Assembly: GCF_006345805.1 (NCBI RefSeq)
Contig: NW_021826153.1
Span: 1 to 13,436 of the forward strand
Source: Octopus sinensis
Taxonomy: Eukaryota
DNA: 13,436 nucleotides
Reading direction: 5' to 3'
Position numbers and translations under genes: made by a program
Shown: one piece after another, positions 8,976 through 13,436 of the stretch
Position numbering within the stretch: the stretch's first letter is position 1
Layout of the letters: every line of letters starts with the position of its first letter
Notes under the pieces: model-generated
What the model was told of the DNA's origin: nothing
Seen by the model: the letters and a program-made list of their open reading frames with translations, nothing else
Databases searched by the model: none

Positions 8976-9324
8976 GAAGATATTTTGATTATTATAAAAT
9001 TTGTCCTCAGCAGAAATATTTTAATAAGATTCAGTGTAAATAAAATCGAATAATCTTTAACATCATGTTTGTTATGAAGTAACCAATAAAAACACTAGAC
9101 TGCATTAAATAAAGCTTTGCAGTTACAGTCTGTACAGATGTTGAACGGACAATGTAGTCCCCTACATGAATATTACAGCAGTTTCGCAAAAATAAAGAAG
9201 TAAACATTAAGAAATAAATAAATAAGAATTCTCCAACAAATTTGCATTTGTTTTCGGTTTACAAATTTGTGCTGAAGTCAGTAAAATATTCTGCTGACTG
9301 TTCTGTGTTAATCGTGGATCATCT

Positions 9325-9490
9325 CCATCCAATCACAAAAGGTGCCATTTAAAAGGTGACACCCACCATTATTGTAATATCAATCTGATTGGTTCCTGAA
9401 TTTACGATTAGATTATCGGCGGGGTTGGGTTGTGGAGGGTGAAAAATATCAAAAAGCCGGAATCAGACGTCAACAATTTTCAGTTACGAT
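9325..9490 (+). promoter_or_regulatory. Putative TATA-less Pol II promoter
   Basis: Cluster of CCAAT (9329-9333), reverse CCAAT ATTGG (9388-9392), GC-box-like GGCGGGG (9418-9424), ETS-like CCGGAA (9457-9462), CRE-like GACGTCA (9466-9472) and Inr TCAGTT (9480-9485). No ATG between the Inr and 9595. Confidence 0.6.
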
Positions 9491-9594
9491 CCCAAAGCGA
9501 GAAGCTCACACTTATAAACTCCAGCTTACATCAACTTCAGATTTATAATTAAACCAAAACGAAATAACAGGCTGCACGGACGAACGCCACAGCA

Positions 9595-9738
9595 ATGGAA
9601 ATCGCTAAGGTGGGGAAGATCATTTGGCAGAGGTTTTCTGTTTCTTCTTTCATAACTTTTGGACTGTTTCTCGTGTTGACCATCACGATTCTTCATTTCG
9701 ATGCAAGGACCAGAAAGATAGAAGAAAAATCAACCGCA
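9595..9738 (+). CDS. Putative first coding exon of a host gene: type II membrane (signal-anchor) protein N-terminus
   Basis: gcaATGg start context. MEIAKVGKIIWQRFSVSSFITFGLFLVLTITILHFDARTRKIEEKSTA has a basic N-tail, a hydrophobic stretch of about 20 aa and a polar stem. Ends at a consensus donor GCA|GTAAGT, phase 0. Confidence 0.65.
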
Positions 9739-9794
9739 GTAAGTAGAGGACACCTGAAGTTTCTATAATTTACATGCTAGAAATGTTTACGTAT

Positions 9795-9968
9795 ATCCAT
9801 CCATCCATCTATCCATCCATAGATACATAGACAGACGTATATATATATATGTATGGTTATATATATATATATAATATATATATGTGTGTGTGTGTGAGAG
9901 AGAGAGAGAGTGTGTGTATATGTGTGTGTTGTATGTATACACACACACACACACATTATATATAATAT

Positions 9969-10015
<47 letters not shown>
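9795..10015. repeat. Compound microsatellite (TCCA)n/(TA)n/(TG)n/(GA)n/(CA)n
   Basis: Directly visible. Confidence 0.95.
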
Positions 10016-10019
<4 letters not shown>

Positions 10020-10073
10020 CTCGTTTTATAATATGGTTTGCAAGATTCTTTATATGCGATCGTGTGTTGAAGC

Positions 10074-10204
10074 ATATTTTGTTGTGTCTGGGGAGAGTCA
10101 TTCACTTTTAGAAAATAAAAATACGAATTTAGTGGAACTTTACCGGTGAGTGTGTTAAATAACAAGACACTAAAAGAGAGTGACACTCCCCAGACACAAC
10201 AGAA

Positions 10205-10207
<3 letters not shown>
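10074..10207. repeat. Inverted repeat with 38 bp arms (10074-10111 / 10170-10207)
   Basis: ATATTTTGTTGTGTCTGGGGAGAGTCATTCACTTTTAG vs reverse complement ATATTCTGTTGTGTCTGGGGAGTGTCACTCTCTTTTAG: 34 of 38 identical. Confidence 0.9.
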
Positions 10208-10420
<213 letters not shown>

Positions 10421-10675
10421 TCATCTCTACACATTCGTTTCTCTCTCTTTCCGGTAGTTCTTCTTCTCTCACCCTTTTTTTCCTCTTAATCCTTTCTGTC
10501 GAAAAGCGTGCGGTCGAAAGACAAAAAACTCTTCCATTTAGAACAGAAGATTCTTACCGTGCAACCAGACCTGCACCTACAGAAATCGATCCCATGCCGG
10601 CAATCGAACCCTGACCGACTGAACGATAGCTAGGAATTATATGTGTGTATATATAACATATACTCACATAATTGT

Positions 10676-10938
10676 TATATCTTTCAGCCAGTAGAGGCCC
10701 AGGCTATGTATAACTTAATAGCACCAACTGGTGAAGCAGTTTAGAATCTGATTCCCATCTCAGTCATAAGACTTTTTAATGTTGGAGACATATCCGGGTG
10801 TTGGAGGTTGGTCGAAGAGTTTTTTTGGGGGGGATTTGTCCTTAGAAATTTTGAATTTTATGGAATCAGTTTTCGGTTTAATGTATTCTGCTATAAAATT
10901 AAAGAGAGCTGGACCGGTTGAGGTAAAGTATTCGTGTC
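10676..10938 (-). mobile_element. Old 3' fragment of a LINE related to the 4506-7200 element
   Basis: Minus strand encodes [31 protein letters not shown]...DQPPTPGYVS, aligning to [31 protein letters not shown]...DKPPIIGYNS of the large LINE. It shares the 3' UTR motif GGTGCTATTAAGTTA.ACAT. Confidence 0.88.
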
Positions 10939-10985
10939 ATATACACATATACATACCTACATACATACATACATACATACATACA

Positions 10986-11019
<34 letters not shown>

Positions 11020-11140
11020 CATACAAACATACACACACACATATATATGTATATATATATATATATAAAAATGCAAATATATATATATATATCTAAAATA
11101 TATATATATGAATATATATCTGTATACATACATACATACA

Positions 11141-11196
<56 letters not shown>

Positions 11197-11346
11197 GACA
11201 TATATATATATACATATATGTAATATATATATATACATATATATACATAAATATATATAATATATATATATATATTATACATACATACAGATATATATAT
11301 ACAAATATATATATACAAATATATATATGCATATATATATATATAC

Positions 11347-11388
<42 letters not shown>

Positions 11389-11422
11389 ATATATATATAT
11401 CATAACATACATATATATATTA

Positions 11423-11479
<57 letters not shown>

Positions 11480-11510
11480 TATACATACATACGCATACAC
11501 ACAAATATAT
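10939..11510. repeat. (TACA)n followed by degenerate (TA)n
   Basis: Directly visible. Confidence 0.96.
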
Positions 11511-11579
11511 ATGTAATTATGTCTCGTATATATATCTACTAACATATTAATGGATGGATAATTTTTAATGTGTTTAGAG

Positions 11580-11673
11580 AGCTAGATAGATAGAAATATC
11601 GATCGTTTGATAAATAGATATAGTGGTAGATAGGTGAACAGACTGACTTAGAGTTTGATAGATAGATAGGTAT

Positions 11674-11704
<31 letters not shown>

Positions 11705-11713
11705 TATATATAT

Positions 11714-11792
<79 letters not shown>

Positions 11793-11841
11793 GATAGATA
11801 TATAGATAGATAGATACACAGATAGATAGATAGATATACAG

Positions 11842-11873
<32 letters not shown>

Positions 11874-11890
11874 GATAGATAGATAGATAG
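11580..11890. repeat. (GATA)n microsatellite with (TA)n interruptions
   Basis: Directly visible. Confidence 0.96.
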
Positions 11891-12486
11891 AAGATCGATT
11901 GATTTGGTGGTTTCATTCAGGTTATATATTTTGCTTCGGAATTTTGGCTCGTGGTCATAAATGTCAGGAAGTTGTAGTTCGATTCCTTACAGGCCAGTGA
12001 TGAACAGGTTCTGAATTCATGGACCTCGAAAGGATAAAGACAAGACGCGACTACGCGGAATTTGATCATTTTCTTGAAATATTCAGTATTGTAGATGACA
12101 ATTATAAAAGCCCCCCAGAAAGGTTGTGCGATAGATAGTGTTGCAAAATAGAAAGCAATGAATTTGTCAATTACTATACGTAGCAAAGACATAGGATTAG
12201 AAAAATGTAAGTTAGTTTAGAAGTCAATAATGAATTGTGTTCCATGTTGTAAGATAGAGATTGACATTTCTTGCTGAAACATTTTACATAGAAAGGCCTT
12301 ATATATGTACGTCTGCCGCTTTCGTGTGCATACATAAATGAACATGTATGAATGTATCGTTTGATGTGTATATTCCAATGTGCTTATATATACACACACA
12401 CACATATATGTGTGTGTGTGTATTTATTTCAGGATGTATTTTTTCCTCTCTAGATTCAGCTCAGAGCTGCGTCCATGATGATGCAT

Positions 12487-12628
12487 CATACATACATACA
12501 TACACATATACATACATACATACATATATACATACATACATACATACATACATACATACATACATACATACATACATACATAAGTACATACATACACCCA
12601 TACATACATACATTCATACATACATACA

Positions 12629-12660
<32 letters not shown>

Positions 12661-12772
12661 CATACATACATACATACAAACATTGATACATACATACATA
12701 CACCCATGCAGACACACAGACACAATGACACACGCATACACACACAGAGACGCACAGAAATATAGATACATA
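12487..12772. repeat. (TACA)n microsatellite decaying into (CA)n
   Basis: Directly visible. Confidence 0.96.
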
Positions 12773-12960
12773 CACTATGGTCTGTTCTTTGGATGAAGTT
12801 TCGTGCTTAATTGCCGAAGAATTCCTGGGATGATTTGTTTCCAGAGCTCCCTCCGTCAAATTAATGAACAGGTCCAGAAATGTGCCATACGACCAGTTGT
12901 CGTTATATTTGCAGTGCAATGTAAATTGTTTTGCTCAAGAACACAACCAAACCAACAATA

Positions 12961-13365
12961 TACTTTACTCTCTTTACTTGTTTCAGTCATTTGACTGTGG
13001 CCATGCTGGAGCACCGCCTTTAGTCGAGCAAATCGACCCCGGGACTTATTCTTTGTAAGCCCAGTACTTATTCTATCGGTCTCTTTTGCCAAACCGCTAA
13101 GTGACGGGGACGTAAACACACCAGCATCGGTTGTCAAGCAATGCTAGGGGGACACACACACACACACACACACAAACACATACATATATATATACATATA
13201 TACGACAGGCTTCTTTCAGTTTCCATCTACCAAATCCACTCACAAGGCATTGGTCGGCCCGGGGCTATAGCAGAAGACACTTGCCCAAGATGCCACGCAG
13301 TGGGACTGAACCCAGAACCATGTGGTTGGTTAGCAAGCTACTTACCACACAGCCACTCCTGCGCC
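12961..13365 (-). mobile_element. tRNA-derived SINE, copy 2, full length
   Basis: Reverse complement of the 2858-3218 element plus the 3' part (ATGGCCACAGTCAAATGACTGAAACAAGTAAAGAGAGTAAAGTA). B-box GGGTTCAGTCCC. Possible TSD TTTACTC (12964-12970 / 13368-13374), partly confounded with the tail repeat. Confidence 0.92.
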
Positions 13366-13436
13366 TATTTACTCCATCCATTTATCAAGTACCTCCTCCA
13401 TAGCGTCCGATCAGAAGCAACATTCTCCAGCTGGAT

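Noticed and set aside
12421-12486. Acceptor-like TTTATTTCAG and TTTTCCTCTCTAG as exon 2 of the host gene
   Set aside because: The first gives an immediate stop in phase 0. The second runs into the microsatellite with no donor.

Overview
AT-rich, microsatellite-dense eukaryotic DNA. The abundant tRNA-headed SINE and the (TA)n/(TACA)n/(GATA)n landscape suggest a cephalopod (octopus-like) genome; this is an inference from recall. Most of the window is nested transposable elements: a Tigger/pogo remnant (1-230); a Ty3/gypsy 5' LTR with decayed gag (2825-4250) carrying a SINE inside the LTR; and a mariner element with both TIRs (4458-8298) carrying a young, 5'-truncated CR1-group LINE (about 4506-7200). 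A second LINE 3' fragment and a second SINE lie further downstream. The most striking signal is at 663-1870: two convergent minimal type I hammerhead ribozymes (744-784 +, 1031-1079 -) in short non-coding units embedded in (TA)n, followed by a mosaic of long fold-back copies of one unit, one of which starts almost exactly at the predicted cleavage site. This fits Penelope-like pseudo-LTR or retrozyme biology. A probable host promoter and first coding exon (9595-9738, signal-anchor peptide, GTAAGT donor), missed by the ORF track, is also present. Nearly all ORFs in the track rich in Y/I/V/C/M/H/T are microsatellite artefacts.
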